From positions 22,630,001-22,694,000 of the forward strand of contig OZ024758.1 in assembly GCA_964016885.1 (NCBI GenBank): 64,000 nucleotides of DNA. The letters run 5' to 3'. Below the pieces are notes generated by a model that worked only from the letters and a program-made list of their open reading frames with translations, was not told the DNA's origin and made no database searches. The stretch is from Eledone cirrhosa (Eukaryota). This document shows, one piece after another, positions 13,560 through 25,620 of the stretch (within the stretch, counting starts at the first letter, position 1; every line of letters starts with the position of its first letter). Position numbers and translations under genes: made by a program.

Positions 13560-14110
13560 GGTTGGCAGTATCGGTAGAGGGTCGGACACCATGCTTTCCA
13601 GCATAGTTACGTCCCTTTGCGGTCTGAGTTCAAATCCCGCCGAGGTTAACTTTGCCTTTCATCCTTACGGGGGTCGATAAAATAAAGTACCAGTAATGCA
13701 CTGGGTAATTGCTGGCCTTGTGCCAAAAGTAGAAACAATTATTATTAGGGGCGGTGGATTGACAGTATTGGTAGAGGGTCGGACACCATGCTTTGACGCA
13801 TAGAGATACGGCCCTTGCCATTCTGAGTTGTTAACTCTGCCTTTCATCCTTACGGGGTCGATAAAATAAAGTACCAGTCACGTACTGGTGTCGATTTAAT
13901 CGACTTTCCCCTCCCCCAAAATTGCTGGCCTTGTGCCTATATAAGAAACTATTATTATTTGGCAGTATCATAGTTACGTCCCTTTACGATCTGAGTTCAA
14001 ATCCCGCCGAGGTTGACTTTGCCTTTCATCCTTACGGGGTCGATAAAATAAAGTACCAGTAATGCACTGGGTAATTTGCTGGCCTTGTGCCAAAAGTAGA
14101 AACAATTATT
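13560..14110 (+). mobile_element. Three tandem SINE family A copies
   Basis: Head-to-tail copies, each ending GAAACAATTATT or GAAACTATTATT. Confidence 0.85.
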
Positions 14111-14253
14111 AGATTTTCATTTCTTTTTATTCATAATGTTACAATTACGTTTCTTTTTATATCTATATCTGTAGCTACCATATAGGGATGTGTTTGTCCA
14201 CGTGATAAACTATATCACCTTAATAAACAAGAATATATATAGTTAAGTACACA

Positions 14254-14413
14254 CAGGGCCGTCTTACCAGCATTATAGGGCCCCCGGGCAAAGCAGAGCA
14301 CTGGGGCCCCTACCTACACAACCACTCACAGCAATAAAAATACAAATGGGCCCTCTATCCTCGTGGGATCCCCAGGCAACTGCTCAGCGTACCCATGCGT
14401 TAAGACGGCCCCG
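14254..14413. mobile_element. hAT-type MITE
   Basis: TIRs CAGGGCCGTCTTA / TAAGACGGCCCCG with perfect 8-bp TSD AGTACACA (14246-14253, 14414-14421). Confidence 0.9.
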
Positions 14414-14416
14414 AGT

Positions 14417-14447
<31 letters not shown>

Positions 14448-14636
14448 TGTCCCCCACAGACACACATACAAGTATACATGCACATACACATAAGTACGCA
14501 CACACACACATAAGTATGGACGCACACATAAGTACGCCCAGATACACACACACACGCGCAAATACGAACACACACACACACAAATATGTACACAAACGCA
14601 CACACTTAAATATGCACACACGAACATGGGAGCACA

Positions 14637-15212
14637 CACACAGCGTACACATACACAGCGTACACACACACACACACAGCGTACACACACACAGCGTACA
14701 CATACACAGCGTACACATACACAGCGTACACACACACAGCGTACACACACACAGCGTACACATACACAGCGTACACATACACAGCGTACACACACACAGC
14801 GTACACACACACAGCGTACACACACACAGCGTACACATACACAGCGTACACATACACAGCGTACACACACACAGCGTACACACACACACAGCGTACACAT
14901 ACACAGCGTACACATACACAGCGTACACATACACAGCGTACACACACACAGCGTACACAGCGTACACATACACAGCGTACACACACACAGCGTACACACA
15001 CACAGCGTACACACACACAGCGTACACACACACAGCGTACACATACACAGCGTACACATACACAGCGTACACATACACAGCGTACACACACACACACACA
15101 CATACACAGCGTACACATACACAGCGTACACATACACAGCGTACACACACACAGCGTACACACACACAGCGTACACATACACAGCGTACACAGCCACAGC
15201 GTACACACACAC
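14637..15212. repeat. 16-bp minisatellite CACAGCGTACACAYA(C)
   Basis: Homogeneous tandem units with CA-length variants. Confidence 0.95.
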
Positions 15213-15392
15213 ATACTCGAGTGGCAATCGCTACTGATAATACATTGTGACTGGTATTAACTTCATATTAAGGGATGTTAAATTTAGACATCTTGTAAGG
15301 GATTAGTCCCGACATTAATATTTTAACGATAACTACATTAACAGCTTTAAACTATTTCCAACCTAAAAATAGCTAGCATGTCTTACAGACGA

Positions 15393-15903
15393 TAGGTCTT
15401 GTTTCGGGATGGAGGGGGGGGGGGGGGGGGTACAAGTCCTCACCACCACTACCACACCACCACCACCACCACCACCACCACTTTTTCAAACGTCTATGTT
15501 TTATTTTTTTTTTTGTTTATTTGATATAATTGTTTCTACTTTTGGCACAAGGCCAGCAAATTATCCTAGTGTATTACTGGTACTTTATTTTATCGACCCC
15601 CGTAAGGCTGAAAGGCAAAGTTAACCTCGGCGGGATTTGAACTCAGAATGGCAAGGGCCGTAACTCAATGCGTCAAAGCATGGCGTCCGACCCTCTACCG
15701 ATACTGCCAATCCACCACCCTTGATATAATAAATTCTTTTTATACCCGAACTTCATTTGAATATATAAAATTTAAGTAGCGTAAAATTTTACTTATGTGA
15801 CAGGGTCCGGGGAAAGGCACCATAAAAAATACTAACATGCTCCTTTAAGGATCAACAAATGTTGGTTTGTACCCGTCACATTTTTAAGGCAAACGAGGCC
15901 CCT
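15393..15903. mobile_element. hAT-like MITE interrupted by a SINE A (15531-15720, minus strand)
   Basis: Same body as 26846-27118 and, inverted, 31955-32238, ending ACGAGGCCCCT. The SINE is flanked by 10-bp TSD TTGATATAAT. Confidence 0.75.
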
Positions 15904-15964
15904 ACATACAAGAGACTTCTTATAACCACAGTGGAATATACAGGGTGTCCACAGTCACTAGATA

Positions 15965-16600
15965 AGGTGCATGGCTTAGTGGTTAGAGCATTGGGCTTGC
16001 AATCGAAAGGTTGTGAGTTCGATTCTCGGACCGAGTGATGTGTTGTGTCCTTGAGCAAGACACTTTATTTGATGTTTTTCCAGTTTACTCAGCTGTAGAA
16101 ATGAATTGCGACGTTACTGGTGTCAAGCTGTATCGGCCATTGCTTTTCCCTTGGACATCATCTTATGTAGTTTAGTGTATCTATAGTCTAAATATAGTGT
16201 ATATAGTGTGTATATAGTGTATATGTAATAAGTATATACTGTATATGTTATGTACTATATATATATGTTATGTCACTGGTGTCAAGCTGTATCGGCCATT
16301 GCTTTTCCCCTTGGACATCATCTTATGTAGTTTAGTGTATATATAGTCTAAATATAGTGTATATACTGTGTATATAGTGTATATATAATAAGTATATACT
16401 GTATATGTTATGTACTATATATATATGTTATGTCACTGGTGTCAAGCTGTATTGGCCATTGCTTTTCCCTTGGACATCATCGGTGGTGTGGAGAGGGGAG
16501 ACTGGTCTTCCACAAACAAACCTTGTCCGGACTTGTGCCTCAGAGGGGAACTTTCTAGGTGTAAACCACATGGTCATTCGTGATCAACGGGTCTTCGATA
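15965..16600 (+). mobile_element. SINE family B with an internal ~160-bp tandem duplication
   Basis: tRNA-like head GGCTTAGTGGTTAGAGC...GAGTTCGATTC. ACTGGTGTCAAGCTGTAT recurs at about 16117, 16275 and 16435. Confidence 0.75.
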
Positions 16601-17081
16601 TATATATATTCATATATATATATTTATATTTATATCAGATAGGGTTAGGGTTAGTTCACCCCCGACGGGATTTGAATTCAGAACCTAAAGGGCCATAACT
16701 CCATGTTGCGAAGCAGGCTGTCCGACGCTCTACCGATGCTGCCAATCTACCGCCCTTGGATTGGCAATAATAGTAAAGTGTCAGACAAGATGCATTACAG
16801 CACAGAGTTATGGCCCTTTACGTTCTGAGTTCAAATCTCGCCGAGGTCAACTTTACCTTTCATCCTTCCTAGATCGATAATATATAATTGTTTCTACTTT
16901 TGGCACAAGGCCAGCAATTACCCCAGTGCATTACTGGTACTTTATTTTATCGACCCTGTAAGGATGAAAGGCAAAGCTAACCTCGGCGGGATTTGAACTC
17001 AGAACGTAAAGGGCCGTAATTCAATGCCACGATGCATGTTGTCCGATGCTTTAACGATACTGCCAAACCACCACCTTTAAG

Positions 17082-17108
17082 AAATATGGAACGCCTTGTG
17101 CGGGGGCC

Positions 17109-17148
<40 letters not shown>

Positions 17149-17165
17149 ACTGCCGAAGCAAGTAC
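17082..17165 (-). pseudogene. U6: U6 snRNA pseudogene with a 21-nt internal deletion
   Basis: Minus strand GTACTTGCTTCGGCAGTACATATACTAAAATTGGAACGATACAGAGAAGATTAGCATGGCCCCCGCACAAGG-CGTTCCATATTT matches metazoan U6 but lacks ATGACACGCAAATTCGTGAAG. Confidence 0.92.
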
Positions 17166-17899
17166 TAGTATAGGTACTGCACCAGTAAAGTACATGGTCA
17201 ATTTAATCGACCCCCGCCACCACCATCTTGCTCCAAATTTCTGGCTTTGTGTCTAAATTAAAACTCATTAATTATATAAAAGTTATTGATAGCATTCGTT
17301 GAATGAGAGAGACTGGTTGCTGACAGAATTCAAACTAAAGCGAGATTTCGTTACATTTATCGTAACGACAACGACTGATCAACGTTTAGCACAAAAGCAA
17401 CGTAGTTGATTCTTGCTGCCATGATGAAACCATCTAAATCAATGAAGCCGTCAATTTTCTTGAACAAACGAGAAAGTTGAACATTGAATACAAGTAATGT
17501 AGACCCACAGTTCAACTGTTGCAGGAAGTAATTAATTGTGAATCTCTTTTAAAGGCCGCTAGGGTAATTATTTCCTAATATGACAACTAGTTCCGGATTA
17601 ACCTAGTAAAATATGTTACGACCCCACACCATTTTCAGGGACTTATCACAATAGTACTTTATGCATTCTACTTTATATATTACTAGCTGGCTCCGTGCCG
17701 TCAAAAATGACGGCTAATTGTAATATCGATACATAATATAAAAAAGAGGTGTTTGTTTGTTGGTTGCTTGGTTGGTTCCTTCCTTCTCACTCACACAAGT
17801 GATACAAACATAAAAACACACAGCTGTGACGAATTTTAGAACGCTGGACCTCTATAGTTCCCCCCCTTCTTCCTCAGTCATTACATAGATGCGTGTATT

Positions 17900-18268
17900 A
17901 GACACCCCTTCCTTCCTCAGTCGACGTTATCACCCCTTCCTTCCATCAGTGGACATAATAACCCCTTCCTTCCTCAGTCGACGTTATCACCCCTTCCTTC
18001 CATCAGTGGACATAATAACCCCTTCCTTCCTCAGTCGACGTAATCACCCCTTCCTTCCATCAGTGGACATAATAACCCCTTCCTTCCTCAGTCGACGTTA
18101 TCACCCCTTCCTTCCATCAGTGGACATAATAACCCCTTCCTTCCTCAGTCGACGTTATCACCCCTTCCTTCCATCAGTGGACATAATAATCCCTTCCTTC
18201 CTCAGTCGACGTCATCACCTCTTCCTTCCTCAATCTACGTAATCACCCCTCCTTCCCCAGTCGACGTA
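17900..18268 (+). repeat. Minisatellite, 57-bp dimer of ~28-bp units (CCCCTTCCTTCCTCAGTCGACG...)
   Basis: Alternating CTCAGTCGACGTTATCA and CATCAGTGGACATAATAA variants. Confidence 0.95.
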
Positions 18269-18587
18269 AAAGTGAGTGTGTGTGTGTACGTGTGTGGTAA
18301 GATATTGTCTTATCGGTTGTTTATTGGTAGCGTAAATAAACTAAACTAAAAATCAACTCGGAGCAGTAAGTTCAATAAGTTTACTATTGCTTGACTTTCT
18401 TAGTTATGAAATGCTGGGCTCTAGTTTGGTCTCTAAACATTTTTCTGTTTTCTTTTCTTTTGCAGCCTTCGCCGCCTTTAGAAGCCAAATATTTTCACAC
18501 CATCTCTGCTATTTATTCACTCATTAGCCATAATTCTATTCCATATTCCCACCACACCGAAGAGACATCGAGAAAGAAGTGATTACG

Positions 18588-18802
18588 TACACTGAGGCAG
18601 GTGATTACGTCAACTGAGGAAGTAAGGAGTGATGGCGTCGACTGAGGAAGTAAGGGGTGATGGCGTCGACTGAGGAAGGAAGGGGTGATGACGTCAACTG
18701 AGGAAGTAAGGGGTGATGGCGTCGACTGAGGAAGGAAGGGGTGATGACGTTGACTGTGGAAGGAAGGGGTGATGACGTCGACTGAGGAAGGAAGGGGTGA
18801 TC
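18588..18802 (-). repeat. 28-bp minisatellite, inverted relative to 17900-18268
   Basis: GTCGACTGAGGAAGGAAGGGGTGATGAC units are the reverse complement of the upstream unit. Confidence 0.92.
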
Positions 18803-20020
18803 AATACACCCGACTGTCTGAGGATTACTTTCAGAGTCTGCTGGTACAATAAAAATAAACGTACAGACACATACATAGACATATAGACAACACACACACA
18901 CACACAGACACACATACACAGACAAACACACACACAGACAGACACACACACACATACAGATTAGACACAAACAAACAAACAAACACATACAGATTAGACA
19001 CACACATACACTGACAAACAAACACACACAGACGCACACAGAGACAGACACACACTCACACAGACTGACTCACACATCCTCACATATACACGTGCACATA
19101 TCTCGTTTGAACTTCCATTTCATTCGTTATACACACACTAACACACACACGTGCACATATCTTGTTTGAACATCTATTTCATTCACCGTACACACTCACA
19201 CAAACATACACACCAACACCCATTTACACACACACCGACACATACATACAAACACACACCAACACTCATTTACACACACCAACACCCATTTACACACACC
19301 AACACCCACACCGACACATACATACCAGCACATTTACACACACACAAACACCCATTTACACATACAAACACCCATTTACACACACATACACACCGACACG
19401 TATACATACACATATACACACACCTGTAGTCAACTCGTGACATCGCTACGCATGCTCACGACACGTGATACGATCGAAATGATTTAATCACAAAATATTG
19501 CTGAACTCACAAACTTCCAAAGAAGTCAGCTTTGCTCTCTTTTTTTTTCTTTCTCATCAACCCCTCCCTCCCCCCTGTGTTGTCTTTACTTCCGTTTTTA
19601 ATGTTACCTTTGTCTTACAATTTCTTTTCATCTGACAAATATCACCGTAGTTAAGTTAGAGACACACCCACTCATATATACCCACTCTACTACCCTAAGT
19701 ATTGAGTACTTTGGTGCGTTATGGTCCACCTGGTTCCTTACCACATTTCCTTCGTTATATATATATAGATATAAAATTAATTAAATTAAATTAAATTAAA
19801 TTAAGGGGAGTCATGTTCGAGACATGCGCCATATCCACCGTAGAATAAGCTCAAAGATTCCAATGAATAGATCCGAGCATTTTATATCAACTAGAAATTG
19901 ATAGTTACCTACATAACTATGTGTGATTACACACTTTACAAATTATCCCCCGTGATTGTTTCACGTGTTTATTTTAAATATATGTATGTCAATCAATTTC
20001 TAGTTGATATATATATATAT

Positions 20021-20201
20021 ATATTTATTAAAATAACAGATTAAAGTTTAAGCAAAGAATCGCTGCTTTCACCCTTAACGGGATCTTCTGAAACTAACAA
20101 AGTCAATCTGACAGATTGACTTTGTTAGTTTCAGAAGATCCCGTTAAGGGTGAAAGCAGCGATTCTTTGCTTAAACTTTAATCTGTTATTTTAATAAATA
20201 T
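20021..20201. repeat. Perfect palindrome, 90-bp arms with a 1-nt spacer (fold-back family Q)
   Basis: 20021-20110 is the exact reverse complement of 20112-20201. Collapsed relatives at about 5273-5372 and 43298-43380. Confidence 0.95.
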
Positions 20202-20400
20202 TTGCTCTACGGTTCTTATATATTTGATATATATTTATCCTTATCGAGCCCTCTTTGGATTTTAGTCTTCAAATTTATTATTATATTTAGGTTTGAGGGC
20301 GGCCGACCGAGGTAGAAGCTTCTAAATAGTCGGTCGTTCTCTTGTCTCTGATTTTCAGCCCCATGGATTTTATCTGTTATATTCCTTTGTTATATTTTGA

Positions 20401-20458
20401 ATACCTGATGATGTCACCGGATTCATACTGAACCCGGTCATTGAAATGATCATAGTAT
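20401..20458 (+). ncRNA. Type-I hammerhead ribozyme motif
   Basis: ATAC-CTGATGA-..ACCGGATTCA-tac-TGAACCCGGT..-GAAA-TGATCA-TA-GTAT, with palindromic stem III (ATGATCAT) and stem I ATAC/GTAT. Confidence 0.7.
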
Positions 20459-20852
20459 AATAGAAATGATCACAGTATAATGAACCTTTCAAAGATTTAC
20501 ACCAGTCCAGCCTCCTGTTATTTTATAATATATATATATGGTAAATGAAATAATTATCTTATGTTGTTTATTACATAACTAAAAGGCTCTGTAGCCTACA
20601 TAGAGCACTCTTTTCCTTTATCTTTCCTACGGAAATACTTCAAATATATATATATATAAACAATGAGTTATATGGTTTGTTGATTATTCAACAAAGTTAA
20701 TTTTACAACAGATTAGAAGTACTCTACAGATTTTATCTGGGGTATCATTAATATTAAGAATATTAATAAATGGAAAATATCTTTATAAAACCATAAGTGA
20801 ACAACAATATATAACTACTCCATTAACATACGTCTATATCGTTCGTCAGACA

Positions 20853-20918
20853 TCTGTCTGATGAACGATCCAGACGTATGTTAATATTGTCTGGGGTCCT
20901 GAAACCTTTGGTAATGGA
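20853..20918 (+). ncRNA. Type-I hammerhead ribozyme motif
   Basis: TCTGT-CTGATGA-A-..CCAGAC...GTCTGG..-GAAA-CC-ttt-GG-TA-ATGGA. Preceded by an inverted partial copy of itself (20796-20852). Confidence 0.7.
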
Positions 20919-21265
20919 GTAGTTATATATTGTGTTGTTCACTTCCTAATTAAATAGCTCTGTTCTATACATAGAGCACTCTTTTTTTCCTTTGCCTTTT
21001 CTTCGGAAATACCTAAACCGCGCGCGCGTGTACGTGCGTGTTACAGGTAAAATTCCGTTATAACAAATACCGTTATAACGAATCGAATTTTTGGAAATGG
21101 AAAGTTTATTACTTTTCTTAGCACAGATTCTCCTCCACAAGTTCTTGTTGCTGTATTTAAACCTGGAGGGGAGATGGGCTATACCAGGTTTGAAAAATGC
21201 CCTAAAAACGCCGTTTGCCAATATGGCGGTTCTATGACCTCCAGGAAGGGTACGGATTCATACCA

Positions 21266-21447
21266 CAGACATGTCAACTCTCCCCGTCCGGTGGGGAGAT
21301 CTCTATCCCACCCACTTTCGGGTGGGTGAGAGATGTCTTCTCTTGTGAAAATGGGTATAGCTTTCATTTTGCTTCAATTTCTCCCCATTTTGGGTAACTT
21401 TTTGTCATGGTACTCCCCGTTAGGGTTTTTAGAGGTTGGCAGGTCTG
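21266..21447. mobile_element. MITE with 13-bp imperfect TIRs and a 6-bp TSD
   Basis: CAGACATGTCAAC / GTTGGCAGGTCTG, flanked by ATACCA on both sides. Truncated inverted copy at 37827-37965. Confidence 0.8.
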
Positions 21448-22289
21448 ATACCATAAACAGCTATTGCACTAAATTCCGTTTTATTTTTCATGGCTATATA
21501 AGAAACTGTTTCATGGACTCTTTTGTAGGTGTATGCTTTCGTTTACTTTCTGTTCGCTTATCTCATTGTTTCTTTAACATCCTTTCCACACGATCCTTCA
21601 TACTAGATGAATTTTCGCACGACCGTGTTTCAGGTACACCGTCATATTTGATGGTTGGGGGAAGAGATGAGAAGGAGTGTTTCTGAACAATCTGAGTGAG
21701 CACTAAGTCTCTAGGGAATTTTTCGACTACTTTCTTTAAAAATAGAAAAGAAACAAAAGATATTTATTACTTCATTTTTTTCTCTGTTTTTTGTTTTTTT
21801 GTTCTTGTTTTAAGAAAGAAAAAGTTATTAAACTAATTTGTAGTTTTATTTTACTAATACAAATACAGAAAATAGGATAAACACTGTACAATATATTGTA
21901 CTTAGTAATAAGGAAACAACTATAAAAAGGAAAAGAAGAAAATAAGAGTAAGAAAAGTAAAATAAAGGAAGAGGGGGGTGATGGACTACACTCTAGTCTG
22001 AGTGGTGTTGCCGCGGAGAATGGTCAGCGACACCCACTGTGACAGTCACCCTACCTCACAGGGCTCATTCCTCAGGCGGGCTTTCCGATTTCACAAAGGA
22101 AATTAGCAGTGTAGGAACAGAAGACATCTGGGGTCTCGACAAGGCAGCACCATTAAAAATTAGAGGGTGGGAATAATGCCATTCAGTGCTGTTCTTAAGG
22201 GAATTTTTCTACATCCTTTAATAATTGAGCATTATGTTGTTTTTATAGCTTAAGGCTTCAGCAGGTGAATGTCCGGCCCTGACCAACAC

Positions 22290-23085
22290 TACTCACATGC
22301 AGAGGACGATTGTCTCAGTCTTCGCAACACTGATTTTCATCCCTGATGTGCTACACTCAGCAGAAAACCTATTCAGTGCATGTCGGAGATCACCTTCCGA
22401 CGAGTTAAGTAGTACCAAGTCGTCTGTAAATTCCTGTTGACTGATTCTACACCAGTCAGTTTTGATATCACTTTCAGCCCGGCTGCAGATGTCAATCTTG
22501 TCCATGATGATTATCAAGAGGAAAGGTGACAGTACGTAACCTTGGCGTTGTCCAACACCCACAATGAATGGATTTGACTTAGCACCATTTATTCGAATAC
22601 AAATATTCGTAATTTCGTATGGGTGGCTTCAAAACAGCAAGACGCTGTCCATCAACCCCGTATCCTTGCAAAATCTTCCACAGGGAGGTCCCGTAGAACG
22701 CATTCATATGCCTTTTCGAGGTGAGGTCTACGTAACAATAATAATGATTTTTAATATAGGCACAAGGCCAGTAATTTGGGGGGCAGGGGAAAGTCGATTA
22801 AATCGACCCCAGTACGTTACTGGTGATTTATTTTATCAACCCCGTAAGGCAAAATTAACCTCGGCGGGATTTGAACTCAGACCGTAAAGGACCGTAACTC
22901 TATGCTGCAAATCATGGTGTCCGACTCGCTACCGATACTACCAATCCACCGCCCTCAACATAATAATAATAACACACCTCTTGGCAATACTTCCACGTTT
23001 TCTCAAAGATCTGCTGCAGTGTGAATATTTGGTCGGTTGTGCTGAGTCCAGTGTGAAAGTCACACTGTTCGTTACTTAGCCTTGT
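22290..23085 (-). mobile_element. Decayed RTE-clade reverse transcriptase fragment, split by a SINE A (about 22737-22955)
   Basis: QCDFHTGLSTTDQIFTLQQIFEK...GVGQRQGYVLSPFL...FTDDLVLL...GMKISVAKTETIV correspond to RT motifs. Confidence 0.85.
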
Positions 23086-24799
23086 CTCGAGTATTTCCTT
23101 TAATTTTTAAATTAAATTGCAGAAACTAGTTATTTCTAATATCTGCAATTCTTTAACAAACCACATCATTTGACAATGGAATTGTTCATATTTCATCTTT
23201 TCGTTATTATTTCTACTTGCTGCTGGCAATACAAATTCTTCTATTGTGAATGGTTTCTTCGCTTTTGTAATTAAGTACGGGATTTTTTATGATACTTTAT
23301 AGTAATTTTCCTTAAATCTATTTACTTTGACATTTTTCTCTTTGTCAATGTTTTCGTATTTCCGAAGGTTTTAAGAAACGCTAAAGACTTGTCTGTGTTG
23401 GAAGCATGTCTAGTATAAAGATGTTTTTTTTAACTTAAAAGGCTCCATATTTTCAATCGCAAAGTATTTGTTACAAATTAAGTAGACTGGCATAAGTTAA
23501 TCAATTTTATACTTCTAAATATTTAAATGTTATAATAAATTCCAATTTAAAACGCTTAAACATTGTTTTTATATTTATTTGAATTAATTTTATTTGATAT
23601 AGTAACGCTAGGGTGTCATTTTTTTCTTAAACTAGTTATCCGAAAAATATATATGTTTACCATGTGAACTACGATAAAAATACGCTGGTCTAAGCTAACA
23701 AAACTTGTATTGATAACAAAATATAGAAGCGTTTTGTTTTTTTTTCTTTTTTACAAATGGCGGTCATTAAATGTCGTCATGTTTATTTTAAAATGCGACG
23801 AATGTGAAGAAAATTGAACAATAACAGAATAAGATTTCTACAACAAATTGTTATTCTGTTCTTGTTCAATTTTCCTTTCATACTAGAGTTTTATATTTTA
23901 TAAATAAACTTTTTTGCAGGTATATATTTTTAAGTATACTTTTTATGCTTAGTTAAAATGTCATTAACAAAGCAAAAATGTTGATATCTTCCATGAATGT
24001 CCTACAACACCAAATAATATTTATGCAGTCTCTCGTAATGCTGCGCCTTGTAGTTTAATAAAACTAGGGGCAATCCCTCTACATTTAATTTATTTATCGT
24101 TAAATTTGCTAAAGTAAGATTCTTTTGTTATCTTGGCAATCTAATGTTCTCCATAACATATTGTTTGGATTTCAAAATTTAAATATGCGTTTCATATTCA
24201 ACAAAGCTTTAAGCAAGGTACAAAACTCTTAATTTATTTAGTTTTAATGAAGAAACTATGATATATATGTATATATTTTAAAATGTAGAAGAGCATCCGT
24301 TTAGAATGTAAATAGAACAATCCAAATATCGCATGAATAGTCAAGTGCATATCTTAGAATACGTTTTGTACTGGCATAAAATCAAACCTGAACACACCCA
24401 GTCTCTCTCTCATTATGCTTATACACTGGTTCACAGTTATTTTTATCACTTACCTTTTCAGCTCTTCAAAAAGTACAGAGATGTTAGCAGGCGGAGAACT
24501 GCAATCACTTCCTGTTCACATTCTTCTCTAGAAACAATGATAACAATGTTTTATTAGATACTGGCTTTGCATGAAGAGATTTTATTATCAGACAGGCGGT
24601 TAATTAGGAAAGTTGTTAGTGTAGGATAGAATGTTTTGCGGTATTTATTCCAGCTCTCTGCCTCTATCCGAAGTCGATAAGATAAAATACCTCTCAAGTA
24701 CTGAAGTCGATTTAACTGTTTTTGCTCCTCCTCAAAAAATTACTTGTGCCAAAATTATGTTATGTGGGTGGGGTAGGGGGTTGCATTTTGTAAATCTTA

Positions 24800-25620
24800 T
24801 GCCTGTTACTGTCCGGGTGGTAACTTAATAGCGTATGTGCGGAGTGGCTTATGTTATATCATAAGGCCCTGAAGGAGGTAATTCATCGTAAAAAATTCTT
24901 TGGCAGGAAGATGCCCCCCCCCCCCTCTCAACCTGACCAAGTTGGCCCCTGTGTTTATGCACACCTAAGCACTATGGTAAATCCTACACTGGATGTGTGT
25001 ATGGAGGGGAGGGGGGGGGGCTATGATGGTTCGGGATTAATTCTTACACCGTCACGAAAGTACTACGAACAAGACCTGTCCCAGATGTGCGCAGAGCAAC
25101 GAAACGATTCTGCAGGTATTAGTTCAACGTCCGGGCATTGCTGATTTGTGGATTTATGCCAAACGGCTACCATGTGTGTAACATCTATCTTATCTTAGAC
25201 GATAACTCAGTCATTTGCAGACTGCACATCAACATGAGATTTTTCTGCACAAAGTTCGATCACCAACAGCAGAGTTTAAAGAGCAAAGATCTTATTCGCA
25301 ATAATTCTAAGACAAAGTTTCGGTAAATTTTCTAAATCTGGAGGTGTAACATTGAAAATAATGCCATCCAGTCCCCAGACACGGGTTCAATGTAATGGAA
25401 TATGATAAAATAACGGGGGGGCTGTATTCCAGTAAAACTTGATGAAAGTTGGGTAAGATGGTCGAATACGGTTGGAAAGAACTGACTTACCAGCACGTGC
25501 TTACAGATCTAAGGACATAGCTGGGAGAGCCCACTTGCTCTTGACAGTAAAGATAATTTGGTATCTCCTGGGTTGGACCTATTTCATTTTCTTTTATACT
25601 GTTGTTTTTAAAGCTTGCTT
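24800..25620 (+). mobile_element. Decayed L1/Tx1-like LINE 3' fragment (zf-RVT-like region)
   Basis: TCPRCAQSNETILQVLVQRPGIADLWIYAKRL resembles the C-terminal CCHC region. About 140 bp of it is duplicated at 26413-26611. Confidence 0.6.

Noticed and set aside
17082-17165. Functional U6 snRNA gene
   Set aside because: The 21-nt deletion removes catalytic ISL residues, and the upstream flank is SINE sequence rather than a recognisable PSE/TATA promoter.
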